This document shows, one piece after another, positions 54,760-64,000 of a DNA stretch of 64,000 nucleotides. The position numbers and the translations under genes are program-made. Numbering within the stretch: position 1 is the first letter of the stretch; the number at the start of each line of letters is the position of its first letter. This DNA comes from a virus (lineage: Duplodnaviria > Heunggongvirae > Uroviricota > Caudoviricetes), in the IMG/VR virus record IMGVR_UViG_3300022555_000011, positions 83,381 through 147,380 of that record; one strand, given 5' to 3'. Below the pieces are notes generated by a model, which worked only from the letters and a program-made list of their open reading frames with translations, was not told the DNA's origin and searched no databases.

Positions 54760-55581
54760 ATGAGTATATATAGAAGAAGAATCTCAAAAGGTAAACTTAC
54801 ATCAAGAGACGAATCAAGAGTTAGAGCTATGCAAGAAATTTTGCACGGTGAAGAAATTACAACCACGACGACGACAACTAGTCCATTCACATATACACAA
54901 CTTGCTGGTGGTATTGGTCAATATACTCAAGGTGTTTCTTTAACTGGAAGCACTCCGTTTGTAGGTGGAAGTGGTTCATATGCATTTAATGGAACTAATG
55001 GATTTATTGAAATTTATCCAGGTTCTGATACTGCATTAGGTACTGGAGATTATACAATTGAATGGTTTTATAATGAGAATATGCAAAAGGATCATCCTAG
55101 ATTTTTTAGTATTGGAAATTATTATGATGGTGCAACGATGGATTGTTCTGTTGAAGCTGATTTATGGTGGTTTGGTGAGAATGGTGCATGGGTTAGTGTT
55201 ATTCCTCCAAACTACAATACAAGTCCAAATATAGGTGGTGATTTGATTGGTCAATGGCATCACTTTGCAATTGTTCGCATTAGTGGATTCACATCTATGT
55301 ATAAGGATGCTAATTTAAAAACCTCATTTGTAGATAATAATAATCTAAATAATATTACAACGCCTTTGATTATTTCACAAGATGATAAATTGAGTGATCC
55401 AGAGTGCTATATAAATGGCTTAATATCAAATTTTAGATGGATTAAAGGATTGGGTATTTATACACAAGCAGGATTCACAGTGCCTACGAGTGATTTAACT
55501 GAAACAGCATCAGCAAATCCATATGGTGGAAGTTACACTGAGGCAATTGGTAGTGGATATACTAAATTTTTATTAATTTAA
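54760..55581 (+). CDS. concanavalin-A-like lectin/LamG-domain protein (structural candidate)
   Basis: ALGTGDYTIEWFYNEN; SGFTSMYKDANL. Confidence 0.4.
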   Translation: MSIYRRRISKGKLTSRDESRVRAMQEILHGEEITTTTTTTSPFTYTQLAGGIGQYTQGVSLTGSTPFVGGSGSYAFNGTNGFIEIYPGSDTALGTGDYTIEWFYNENMQKDHPRFFSIGNYYDGATMDCSVEADLWWFGENGAWVSVIPPNYNTSPNIGGDLIGQWHHFAIVRISGFTSMYKDANLKTSFVDNNNLNNITTPLIISQDDKLSDPECYINGLISNFRWIKGLGIYTQAGFTVPTSDLTETASANPYGGSYTEAIGSGYTKFLLI

Positions 55582-55627
55582 AATATGGTTATAAAATTTT
55601 TATATATAATAAAAAAATAAAATTATT

Positions 55628-55903
55628 ATGGCACTAGAACTTCAAAGAATAGATCCTTGGGATGGAGATAGTAATACAGGATTAACATATTATGGTTATG
55701 CAACAGCAGGTACACAAGATACAGATGCATTATGGTCGATTTCAAGAAAAACTGTTGTTGGAGGTGTTTTAAAATATGAATATCCTTATATAACTGGAAC
55801 AACAATGGCAAATACATATCCAGCAATAGATGTAAACAATGTAACTTATTTACAATTATCTGGACTTGTTTGGGCGGATAGAGCAGGATATATTTATAAA
55901 TAA
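55628..55903 (+). CDS. hypothetical protein
   Basis: ORF track. Confidence 0.45.
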   Translation: MALELQRIDPWDGDSNTGLTYYGYATAGTQDTDALWSISRKTVVGGVLKYEYPYITGTTMANTYPAIDVNNVTYLQLSGLVWADRAGYIYK

Positions 55904-55918
55904 ATAAAAAATAAAAAT

Positions 55919-56755
55919 ATGAAAAAATTTAGCACGTTAGATACAGAAATTAAACAAAAATATGAATTGAAAGATTCACTTAGGAATCAGATTTATTCAT
56001 TGATAGAGAATACTATTTTACTTAAATTTTCAAGTGATAAATCTGTGCATGCAGATATAGATATTCATGGTAAAGAAGAATTGGTTGAAAAGATTAAAGG
56101 TTTGATTGATGATGTTAGAATTAAAGAAAGAACTTTAACATTAGAAACAGTTAAGAAAAATGTTTATAGAAATTTCGATATGAAATGGTTGAATGAACAA
56201 ATCGAAAATTTAAAAAAGTTTAAAATTGGATCTGAGTTTGTTTTACTTGAAAAAATTCAAGATTCAAGAGTGGAAAATCAATATAAAGCAAGTGTTCTTA
56301 GTTATTTTTCAAAAAAATTGTTTGAAGATAAAAAAATTGGTGAATTTGAATTTGATTATGATCCATCAGAAGGTATATTTAAATTTGTTGATGAAGCTGA
56401 TGGCATAGTTGTAAAAGCTACACCATTTTATAATGATAATAGTGGATTTCCAATTGAAGTTTTTGATGAAGATCAAGCAGAATCTCACATATTTATGGAA
56501 CAAAGAGATTTTAATATTGAAGAACTTCTTTATAGAAGATATAGAGAGATAATGGAAAAATTTTTAATTGAAGATTATGAGAGTTTGATTAAAAAGGTTA
56601 ATAAATTTGATGAACAAAATGGTGCAGAAGATGTTAAACCAGAGCCAATAGAAGATTTTGATAATGGTGAAATTTCAGAAGTTGAAAAAAACAACCCAGA
56701 TTTATACCCACCAAGATGGAAAGAAGTTGATGGAGCAATGAGTGGAATGAAATAA
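55919..56755 (+). CDS. hypothetical acidic protein
   Basis: ORF track. Confidence 0.5.
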   Translation: MKKFSTLDTEIKQKYELKDSLRNQIYSLIENTILLKFSSDKSVHADIDIHGKEELVEKIKGLIDDVRIKERTLTLETVKKNVYRNFDMKWLNEQIENLKKFKIGSEFVLLEKIQDSRVENQYKASVLSYFSKKLFEDKKIGEFEFDYDPSEGIFKFVDEADGIVVKATPFYNDNSGFPIEVFDEDQAESHIFMEQRDFNIEELLYRRYREIMEKFLIEDYESLIKKVNKFDEQNGAEDVKPEPIEDFDNGEISEVEKNNPDLYPPRWKEVDGAMSGMK

Positions 56756-56785
56756 AAAAAAAGAGGCAATTGCCTCTTTTTTTAT
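56755..56785. terminator. bidirectional terminator between convergent genes
   Basis: AAAAAAAAGAGGCAATTGCCTCTTTTTTT. Confidence 0.7.
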
Positions 56786-58614
56786 TTCTTACTTTTAACT
56801 AGTTTTAATATATCTTCATCAGACATATCATTAACCCTGTTTCGTATGTCATTAGCATCAACTCTATCCTTTCTAACTTCTTCACTTTTAATGAATTTGT
56901 GTTCAACAGTGTCTTGAGATGCACTAGATTTAATATTTATAGTTAAATTATGAAAATATGTAGTTGGAATGACATTTTCATTAGAATCAACATACTTAAT
57001 TTCAACTAAGTCACCTTCTCTACTTAAACTAAGCTCAGAAGCAATGTTACTATTAATCTGAAATGAATGAGAATTATTCTTGAACATTAAATAGTACATT
57101 TTATCTGAGCCACTTAATTCCCAACCCATACGATAAATAACATCATTAATTTTGTTTAACTGAATTGCATTATCTGTAACGATTTGGCCATTGCGTTCCA
57201 TAAGGATTTTCTGATATGCGGCTAATGCTTTAGCAGGTGTTTCACCAAAAGCCACCCTTTTAGTCGATGTTTCTACAATCGCTAAGCCTTCATAATTGTA
57301 TTTTTGACCTAAAACTGGCACAAGTGCTGAAAGAATACCATATACATTTTCATAAACTACTTGACCACTTGCATGCATATTTTTGAAGCTAACTTTGGCA
57401 TTAACTGCACCAACAATTGCATCTTCTGTTCCACCATTATCAGTTAATACATAATTAGTTGCCTTTCCAGTTCTAGAATTTACATACATAATACTCAACA
57501 TACTATGGTCTGAATTATTTGTGGATGTTATAGGGATAGCAAATACACATTCATTTTCAGTTGAATAATTAAGAGTTACATTCTCTGATTGTTTAAGACC
57601 TCTTTTACCAGACCAACTATTAACCCAACCACCTTGATATAGACCCCAATAATCTACGTAACTTGAAGCAATTTCTGCTGGCATTACTCTATCAATCCAA
57701 GATGGAGTGGTTCCGATTGGAATAATACCACTATCTGTTCCAGTTTGAGGATTAAAGGCAATCACACCTTCAACAACTAAACCAGAATATCCAATAGTTG
57801 GTTTACACACTGTAACCACATAGAATACTTCACCATTATTATCAGATTCAAATGAATAGTCCATTAAAACTTTATTAGGATATTTACGATATAACATACG
57901 TTCTAGATTGTCACCAAAAAATGCTTCTGGTGTATATTTCATTTTAACGTTATTTATCAATTTCGGTGTTGCATATGGATCTGTTGCACTTACTTTAACA
58001 TATCCAGGTACACAATCTACATTTAACCATACAAAATAACCTGTAAAATCTAATGGAATAAGATAGACATATTCTAAGCCATTTTTACCTTCAATTTTCT
58101 GTAGTGTTATGTGATTTCCTGATAGTTGAAATTGACTACCATCTTTAACTACAGTTTTAGCCATAGAAAATGCGTAATTTGGTGGAACTAACCTAATGTT
58201 TGTTGGATCAATTTGTTTTGTGTCCTGTGTCCAATGTTTTTCTGTTTTATCACTAATTGTACCAATAAGTTTAGCATAATCAGATGATCTAAACATACCA
58301 GAAGTTCCAATAGCATAACCTATTATAACAACAATAGAGCCAATTGCAAGTAAAATTGATGGTACATTAACTGAATCTTCATCAATAGAACTACCAACAA
58401 CAGCAGAAATAACAAATAGAATAAATAACCAACCACCAATCCAACCTCCTAGAGGATATGCAAGTGACGGCATTAGACCATAAAAAATAAGCCATGATAG
58501 AAAAACATAGATTACTCCAGTGATAATGAAGGTTGGTGTTTTGCTATCTGATTTTGATAAAAGAATAGGAAGTGCTCCTACAATAGCAACGATTAAAGAA
58601 ATTAAGAAAATCAT
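56782..58614 (-). CDS. polytopic membrane protein with large extracytoplasmic domain
   Basis: about 5 N-terminal TM helices. Confidence 0.5.
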   Translation of the reverse strand: MIFLISLIVAIVGALPILLSKSDSKTPTFIITGVIYVFLSWLIFYGLMPSLAYPLGGWIGGWLFILFVISAVVGSSIDEDSVNVPSILLAIGSIVVIIGYAIGTSGMFRSSDYAKLIGTISDKTEKHWTQDTKQIDPTNIRLVPPNYAFSMAKTVVKDGSQFQLSGNHITLQKIEGKNGLEYVYLIPLDFTGYFVWLNVDCVPGYVKVSATDPYATPKLINNVKMKYTPEAFFGDNLERMLYRKYPNKVLMDYSFESDNNGEVFYVVTVCKPTIGYSGLVVEGVIAFNPQTGTDSGIIPIGTTPSWIDRVMPAEIASSYVDYWGLYQGGWVNSWSGKRGLKQSENVTLNYSTENECVFAIPITSTNNSDHSMLSIMYVNSRTGKATNYVLTDNGGTEDAIVGAVNAKVSFKNMHASGQVVYENVYGILSALVPVLGQKYNYEGLAIVETSTKRVAFGETPAKALAAYQKILMERNGQIVTDNAIQLNKINDVIYRMGWELSGSDKMYYLMFKNNSHSFQINSNIASELSLSREGDLVEIKYVDSNENVIPTTYFHNLTINIKSSASQDTVEHKFIKSEEVRKDRVDANDIRNRVNDMSDEDILKLVKSKK

Positions 58615-58664
58615 CTTTTTTAATTTTAGTTAATAAATATGATACAAAGATAATATATTTTTTC

Positions 58665-58697
58665 AAAAAAAAAGAGCCTTTGGCTCTTTTTTTTTAT
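58665..58697 (-). terminator. intrinsic terminator after hsp20
   Basis: AAAAAAAAAGAGCCTTTGGCTCTTTTTTTTTT. Confidence 0.65.
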
Positions 58698-59128
58698 TTA
58701 ATTGTGATTTTAATGTTCTCTTTCTTTTCTTCTTGTTTTAATTTTGGAATTTCTACAATTAATATTCCATTATCCATAGTTGCTGAAATTTCATCCTTGT
58801 TTACACCTTTAGGAATTGCGAAACTTCTTTCAAAACTAGATTTGTAGAATTCTCTTCTGTAATAACTTTCATTTTTTTCTTCTTTATTATCTTCAACATT
58901 TGAAGAAATTTTAAGAACATCATTCTCTAATTCAATTTTAATATCTTCTTTTTTGAGACCTGGTGCTGAAATCTCAACAAGATATTCATTTTCATTTTCT
59001 GAAACATTTGATAATCCACCATTTCTTGTTAATGATGCTGGTAGATAATAATCAAAATCATTATCAAAAAACTTCCTTGCTAAATCCAAAAATGGACTTT
59101 CTGATCTGTTAACTAAACTTCTATTCAT
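58694..59128 (-). CDS. small heat-shock protein (Hsp20/alpha-crystallin)
   Basis: EISAPGLKKEDIKIELENDVLKIS ... DNGILIVEIPK. Confidence 0.8.
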   Translation of the reverse strand: MNRSLVNRSESPFLDLARKFFDNDFDYYLPASLTRNGGLSNVSENENEYLVEISAPGLKKEDIKIELENDVLKISSNVEDNKEEKNESYYRREFYKSSFERSFAIPKGVNKDEISATMDNGILIVEIPKLKQEEKKENIKITIK

Positions 59129-59250
59129 ATTCTTTCATTTATTTTTTAGGTTTTTAACCTTGTTTATTATGATTATAAATAAACAATATGTGTGCCAAAT
59201 AAAATATATGATGGTTTGTCTGAATAGTTTAATAAATATATGTCAAAATG

Positions 59251-61131
59251 TCAGTTTATTGATATTACATTACCAGAAGTGTTCAAAACAAAATTGTAAG
59301 TTTTATTATTTACTGTAATTGAATTGATCATATTTTGATTATCTCTTGTAATAGGTATTTTTTTAGACGAAATATTACCATTTAAATCATTATAATAGAA
59401 TATAGTTGAATTTGTACCTAAACTATATATGTCAGCGTAAAATAAAAATTGATTTATTGGTTCAATAGATTTTTTATTAAACCTAATAATTGCTAATTCT
59501 AACACTTTTTCTGAATTTGTGAACCATTCATTTGATAGTGATGCAAAAAATTCTTGTGGATTATTGGTAAAAAAATCTGAAAAATCTGGTGTGCTACTAC
59601 CCCTTAGATAATTTGAAGAAATTGTACCAGCTTGTTTAATAATTTGATTTTTTCTTGAAAACAATTTTTCATTTACATTAATATAATATGCATCAACAAT
59701 ATGATTAATTTCATGTGATAATGCTGAACAAAATACTGAGGTCACACCAGGGCTAACATCATTTGGAAATTGATTTTCAGGATATTGACCTATTGGATAT
59801 GAAAATGAATTAACAGCCCCATAACTACCTCCAAGCCCAACACTATATGTTTTTCCTAAGAAGTCACTAAATGAAATTCCACTTAAATTGTGTAGTTTGC
59901 TTGGTATTAAACTTAAAATATCTTGTGCGAATTTTTTTTGATTCTTATCTAATTTTGAATTATCAAAAAGTACGATTTGATTATTTTTCCAAATTGATAA
60001 ATATTCATCTGTTAAACCTAAAGTTACACCAATTTCATCTATGATATTGCTTGTTAATTCCTTAGTGTTTATAAGTGTACCATGAATTCTTTCTCTATTC
60101 CAGATTATTGAAGATTCTGATGTTTGGTCATATACTTTTCCTTTTTTAAATTCTGAATGAGAACGAATTAATTTGGTATAAAAATTATAAATAGTGTCTC
60201 TTAGTATATCATTTTTAGGTAAAAAATTTACTGTGTATCCTATAAATACATTAGCATTCGTGAATTTCTTCCTAATTGCTTCATTATTTTGAAGAGTTGG
60301 TATTAGGTTATTTGGATAGTCTTTGATTATAGTTCTTATATTTTTAATTGAGCCAGATAATGTCCAATCTTCAATTAATGGATAAAAATTAGTGACTATT
60401 GGAGTATTCCACATAAGTTCATTGCTAAATTTAAATCCGAATGGTATTGCAATACTATTCATTGCATAATCATCAATTTTTGGATTACAATATGAAGTAT
60501 AGCTCCAACCAAGGCCAGCAATTAAAACTCCTCCCCCATTTTGAACAAAATTCTTTATAACTAAAACTTCAGATTCAGAATATGGCACAGCATTATTCCA
60601 GTCATTCCCAAATAAAACTATTCCAACATTTTTTAGATCATTTTCAGTTATTTTGTTATTAGTGTTTGTAATTGTAAATCCATTAGATTCTAATTCTTTC
60701 AATAATACTGTCATATTATTAATATTGGCAAATCCATTTTTTATTAATATTTTTTTATTGTCTGAATTTAACCATTTCATAGAATTTACGAAAAATTTTA
60801 AGTTGTCATATTTACCATCAGTTAATAATAATCCTTCATGACCAACAGCCATGACTTTACCTTTTCCGTATTGTGTGGCAACTGAAACAATAGAAAAACC
60901 ATTATCACCAAGAGATATGTCTCCAGATGCGATTGGCATAACATTGGAATTTAAGATGTAAATTGGACTTAAATATCCACCAGACAATGTATCAACTTCA
61001 TTTGTAATATTTATGGCATTAGCAACAACTGGTGCTAACATTTCAAATTGCGGAATTTGTATATCTGGTTCTAATTCTCTTTTAGAGCAACTAACAAGTA
61101 GAATAATAAGAAATAATAGAAAATATCTCAT
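59251..61131 (-). CDS. secreted lipoprotein with HExxH zinc-metallopeptidase motif (M60/enhancin-like?)
   Basis: lipobox LVSC; ALSHEINHIVDAYY. Confidence 0.4.
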   Translation of the reverse strand: MRYFLLFLIILLVSCSKRELEPDIQIPQFEMLAPVVANAINITNEVDTLSGGYLSPIYILNSNVMPIASGDISLGDNGFSIVSVATQYGKGKVMAVGHEGLLLTDGKYDNLKFFVNSMKWLNSDNKKILIKNGFANINNMTVLLKELESNGFTITNTNNKITENDLKNVGIVLFGNDWNNAVPYSESEVLVIKNFVQNGGGVLIAGLGWSYTSYCNPKIDDYAMNSIAIPFGFKFSNELMWNTPIVTNFYPLIEDWTLSGSIKNIRTIIKDYPNNLIPTLQNNEAIRKKFTNANVFIGYTVNFLPKNDILRDTIYNFYTKLIRSHSEFKKGKVYDQTSESSIIWNRERIHGTLINTKELTSNIIDEIGVTLGLTDEYLSIWKNNQIVLFDNSKLDKNQKKFAQDILSLIPSKLHNLSGISFSDFLGKTYSVGLGGSYGAVNSFSYPIGQYPENQFPNDVSPGVTSVFCSALSHEINHIVDAYYINVNEKLFSRKNQIIKQAGTISSNYLRGSSTPDFSDFFTNNPQEFFASLSNEWFTNSEKVLELAIIRFNKKSIEPINQFLFYADIYSLGTNSTIFYYNDLNGNISSKKIPITRDNQNMINSITVNNKTYNFVLNTSGNVISIN

Positions 61132-61225
61132 ATTTTTAATTTTTTATAAGTTATGAAACGCAAAGATAATATACTTTTTTGAAGTAAAAAATTATTTAGG
61201 ATCTAATTTATATAATATATAAATT

Positions 61226-61714
61226 ATGGAAAATCTTAAAACTATTAAATCTAAAATTCACAATTGGGAAACACTTAAGGATCAAATTGAAATTTGGCGA
61301 TCTGAAAATAAAAAAATAGTATTTACTAATGGATGCTTTGATATTATACATCGTGGTCATGTAGAATATTTATCGAAAGCTGCTGATTTTGGTGATATTC
61401 TTATAGTTGGGATGAATTCAGATAATTCACCATATTGGCTTACAAAAGGACCAAATAGACCAATCAATAACCAAGACACTAGATCAATAGTTTTATCATC
61501 TTTATTTTTTGTTGATGCTGTTGTTCATTTTCAAGAAGAAACACCAATAGAACTGATAAAAATGATAGTGCCTGATGTTTTAACAAAGGGTAAAGACTAT
61601 ATTACAGAGAATATAGTTGGGTATAGTGTTGTTAAGGAAAATGGAGGAGAAGTAATAACTGTTGAATTAACTGATGGTTATTCAACAACAAGTATTATTG
61701 AGAAATTACTTTAA
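61226..61714 (+). CDS. nucleotidyltransferase (cytidylyltransferase, RfaE-II/TagD-like)
   Basis: FTNGCFDIIHRGHVEYL HxGH motif. Confidence 0.7.
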   Translation: MENLKTIKSKIHNWETLKDQIEIWRSENKKIVFTNGCFDIIHRGHVEYLSKAADFGDILIVGMNSDNSPYWLTKGPNRPINNQDTRSIVLSSLFFVDAVVHFQEETPIELIKMIVPDVLTKGKDYITENIVGYSVVKENGGEVITVELTDGYSTTSIIEKLL

Positions 61715-62006
61715 TTTTTTTAGAACCGTTTTCAAAATTTTTATTCCAAACAGTTCTGGTTTTATCATCCTTAAAATCATCAAAAGCTGACCATCCTTTT
61801 TTCTTTTTTCCATCATTATAACCGTTTAGATAAACATTTTCATATCCTTTGGCTTTTACTTTTAATTTTTTATCTTCTGAGTTGACAATTGTGAAATCAG
61901 TTATTAATAATTCTGGATTATCTTTCAAATCTCTTATAATTATCTTATATTCAACATTTATATATTTTCCTGTTGATGCTTCTATAAATTGATTGTATGT
62001 TTTCAT
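61695..62006 (-). CDS. CTS-tagged small protein
   Basis: MKTYNQFIEAS closely matches T4 IPIII CTS MKTYQEFIAEA. Confidence 0.5.
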   Translation of the reverse strand: MKTYNQFIEASTGKYINVEYKIIIRDLKDNPELLITDFTIVNSEDKKLKVKAKGYENVYLNGYNDGKKKKGWSAFDDFKDDKTRTVWNKNFENGSKKIKVISQ

Positions 62007-62506
62007 ATGTTGTATTTATTTGCTGATATACCGATTATTATTTTATCTCTATATTTTTTTAATATTTTTGGATGGATTTCAGAAAAACGTAATATATCTT
62101 CAATGTCACCATTTGATTCTTCCACTCCATCTTCTATGAAAAATTTATAAAAACTATTAAAATCTCTATTAAATAAATCTTCTTGAAAATTATATAATAA
62201 TTCAGCACCTGCTTCTATTTTAAGTTTTTCTTTTTTTGTATTTAATTGCTCTAATTCTTTTTCTTTTTTTTCAATTTCTTTATCAATAGGCAAATATTCT
62301 AATACTTTTTTTAAATTTCTTGATTTTGCGAAATTTAAAGCTTTTTTATCTGTAAAATTCTTATACTCACTTAATTTTGTTTCATTTCCAACGACAGAAA
62401 TCCAATCTATAATACCACTGTCAGTATTTCCTGTAAAATCTTCAGCAAATTGTTTAACATCACTTGCTAAATTTTCGTTTATACTATTAAATCTTTCTAT
62501 TTTCAT
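62003..62506 (-). CDS. CTS/KYNI family protein
   Basis: MKIERFNSINEN ... SANKYNI. Confidence 0.5.
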   Translation of the reverse strand: MKIERFNSINENLASDVKQFAEDFTGNTDSGIIDWISVVGNETKLSEYKNFTDKKALNFAKSRNLKKVLEYLPIDKEIEKKEKELEQLNTKKEKLKIEAGAELLYNFQEDLFNRDFNSFYKFFIEDGVEESNGDIEDILRFSEIHPKILKKYRDKIIIGISANKYNI

Positions 62507-62778
62507 ATGTTATACTTTTTTGATATTGGTTCTATCATATACTTATCAATATCTTTTTTACTGGCTTTTTTTACTATATGAGATGGTCTTATAGATAAAT
62601 CACCATATATTCTATTATCTAAATCTGTTATAGTCCACCAATTATCAAATGCTTTTGATTTTTCTTTAATGACTCCTACTTTTATATCATATACACCTAC
62701 AGCTTTCTTTAATTTAAAAACAACAGTATCTCCTATTTCATATTCTTTTTTTGCTTCAAATGTTTTGATATATTTCAT
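62503..62778 (-). CDS. CTS/KYNI family small protein
   Basis: MKYIKTFEAKKEY ... ISKKYNI. Confidence 0.5.
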   Translation of the reverse strand: MKYIKTFEAKKEYEIGDTVVFKLKKAVGVYDIKVGVIKEKSKAFDNWWTITDLDNRIYGDLSIRPSHIVKKASKKDIDKYMIEPISKKYNI

Positions 62779-62807
62779 ACTAACTATATATTAAATTTAA
62801 AATGAAA

Positions 62808-62868
62808 AATCCTTCAATAGAAGGATTTTTTAACTTGCAATAAACACCTTTTTTCGGTGTTTATTGCA
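62808..62868 (-). terminator. double hairpin terminator
   Basis: ATCCTTCAATAGAAGGAT + TTGCAATAAACACC-TTTTTTC-GGTGTTTATTGCAA. Confidence 0.55.
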
Positions 62869-62870
62869 AT

Positions 62871-63848
62871 TTAAATTCTGATATTATTAAATAGAACATC
62901 CTGAAATCCAGAAGGTAAATACCTTCCATCTAATCTTGTCAAAGTTCTAGAAAATTTAATATTTTCTACTACTTTTTCTTTAAAATCAATATCTCTATTT
63001 TTCTTATAAATGTACAATATATCACTTAGTTGAGTTATAAATTCATCAGAGTCAAAATCAATTTCATTTGGAAATCTATCTTTGAACATTTTGTAAACTG
63101 TACTTGATCCAGCATCACCAATTCCTTTTAATTCTGGTGTAAACTTAACGACACTTAAAACATTATCTCCACTATCACCAGCAACCAATTTTTTGAAATA
63201 TGATTCTTCTTTATCAACTTCTTTAATTTTTGCTCTGCTTGTTACCTTATCAAAATAGTTCATAAAATCAATATTGTCATCAGCCATATCAAATATATCA
63301 CCTTCAGTGGTATCTTCAATGTGTTTTAAGAAAATTCTATGATTTTTTGGAACAAAAAGAACTTCATTTTGAAATTTATGATTATACATTATATTTATAT
63401 AATTTTCTGCAACACTAAATTTTAATAATTGGTGAATATCACCATCATTAGATAAAATTAGATTAGATGTACCTTCTTTATTTGTTTCATGCACAATATG
63501 AGCAATAATATCATCACCTTCAAAAGGATCTATTTGATATTGTAAACAATTGTGTCTATGTTTAATGTTTTCTTTGAATTTGTCAAATGTATCAAATACA
63601 AATTCCCAATCAATATCCAAATCTTTCTTTCTTTTACCTTTGTATTCTGGATATATGTTTTTTCTCCAATTTCTTTTGCTATCTGATATAACGTATATTA
63701 AATTAAACGGATATTCATGCGTTATTTTATTATAATCGTTTAGCAATAGTGTTTCTAAATCACCGTAAAGTGTTTTTAATTTATGTAAGATGAAGACGGA
63801 TCTGTAGAGACAATAATTTGCATCCAACACTAAATTCATTCTAATCAT
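62871..63848 (-). CDS. 5'-3' exonuclease / RNase H (FEN family, T4 rnh-like)
   Basis: LVLDANYCLYRSVF and VISDSKRNWRKNIYPEYKGKRKK. Confidence 0.55.
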   Translation of the reverse strand: MIRMNLVLDANYCLYRSVFILHKLKTLYGDLETLLLNDYNKITHEYPFNLIYVISDSKRNWRKNIYPEYKGKRKKDLDIDWEFVFDTFDKFKENIKHRHNCLQYQIDPFEGDDIIAHIVHETNKEGTSNLILSNDGDIHQLLKFSVAENYINIMYNHKFQNEVLFVPKNHRIFLKHIEDTTEGDIFDMADDNIDFMNYFDKVTSRAKIKEVDKEESYFKKLVAGDSGDNVLSVVKFTPELKGIGDAGSSTVYKMFKDRFPNEIDFDSDEFITQLSDILYIYKKNRDIDFKEKVVENIKFSRTLTRLDGRYLPSGFQDVLFNNIRI

Positions 63849-64000
63849 TTATTTATATTATTTTTTATTTATATATCATTTTTTTATTGATTTGTTTAAA
63901 TAGGAACTTCATTTATTTATATATACTTTATAGTTGATGGTAACTATAAAAAATAATTTAAATAAATGATATTAACAGAAAAAGTAAAAGTAAAAATAAA

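Noticed and set aside
1-64000. CRISPR arrays, retron-like msr/msd, integrase/attachment sites
   Set aside because: No regularly spaced direct repeats with unique spacers were seen. No reverse transcriptase or integrase motifs were seen. The tandem repeats found are coding or promoter duplications.

Overview
This is a very AT-rich (about 25% GC), densely coded double-stranded DNA phage segment with prokaryotic signatures. It has intrinsic terminator hairpins with U-runs, occasional strong Shine-Dalgarno sites, and short overlapping genes. Many features are T4-like. More than 20 small proteins carry N-termini resembling the T4 capsid-targeting sequence, for example MKTYNQFIEA against T4 IPIII MKTYQEFIAE. 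About 18 tRNA or tRNA-like genes sit in one array at 16.1-21.0 kb. They are interleaved with three homing endonucleases that share a zinc-ribbon module. Other T4-like elements are an RNase H-like FEN exonuclease, a GH24 lysozyme and free-standing HNH and LAGLIDADG endonucleases.

Tail-fibre-like genes include a 1217-aa collagen-like GXY repeat protein and a 1061-aa BNR/Asp-box beta-propeller protein. Host-like auxiliary genes are also present: prs (ribose-phosphate pyrophosphokinase), a papain-like C1 protease flanked by about 88-bp direct repeats, an SPFH lipoprotein, Hsp20, a cytidylyltransferase, a Dam-type methyltransferase, a GNAT, a Nudix-like protein and a HAD phosphatase. Two non-identical TnpB genes occur, one followed by a 470-bp GC-richer non-coding region. 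No CRISPR array was seen.

The most unusual observations are these. Several tRNAs with Gly, Pro and Thr anticodons have class-II architecture, with a 3-bp D-stem and a 16-19 nt variable arm. Two endonuclease genes use the TAG of the downstream tRNA D-loop as their stop codon. A LAGLIDADG endonuclease appears to split a DUF2828/vWA-like gene into pieces. There is a hyperplastic tandem locus of capsid-targeting-sequence-tagged proteins with conserved K-Y-N-I C-termini. All tRNA folds and isotype calls were made by hand and need tRNAscan-SE or ARAGORN confirmation.
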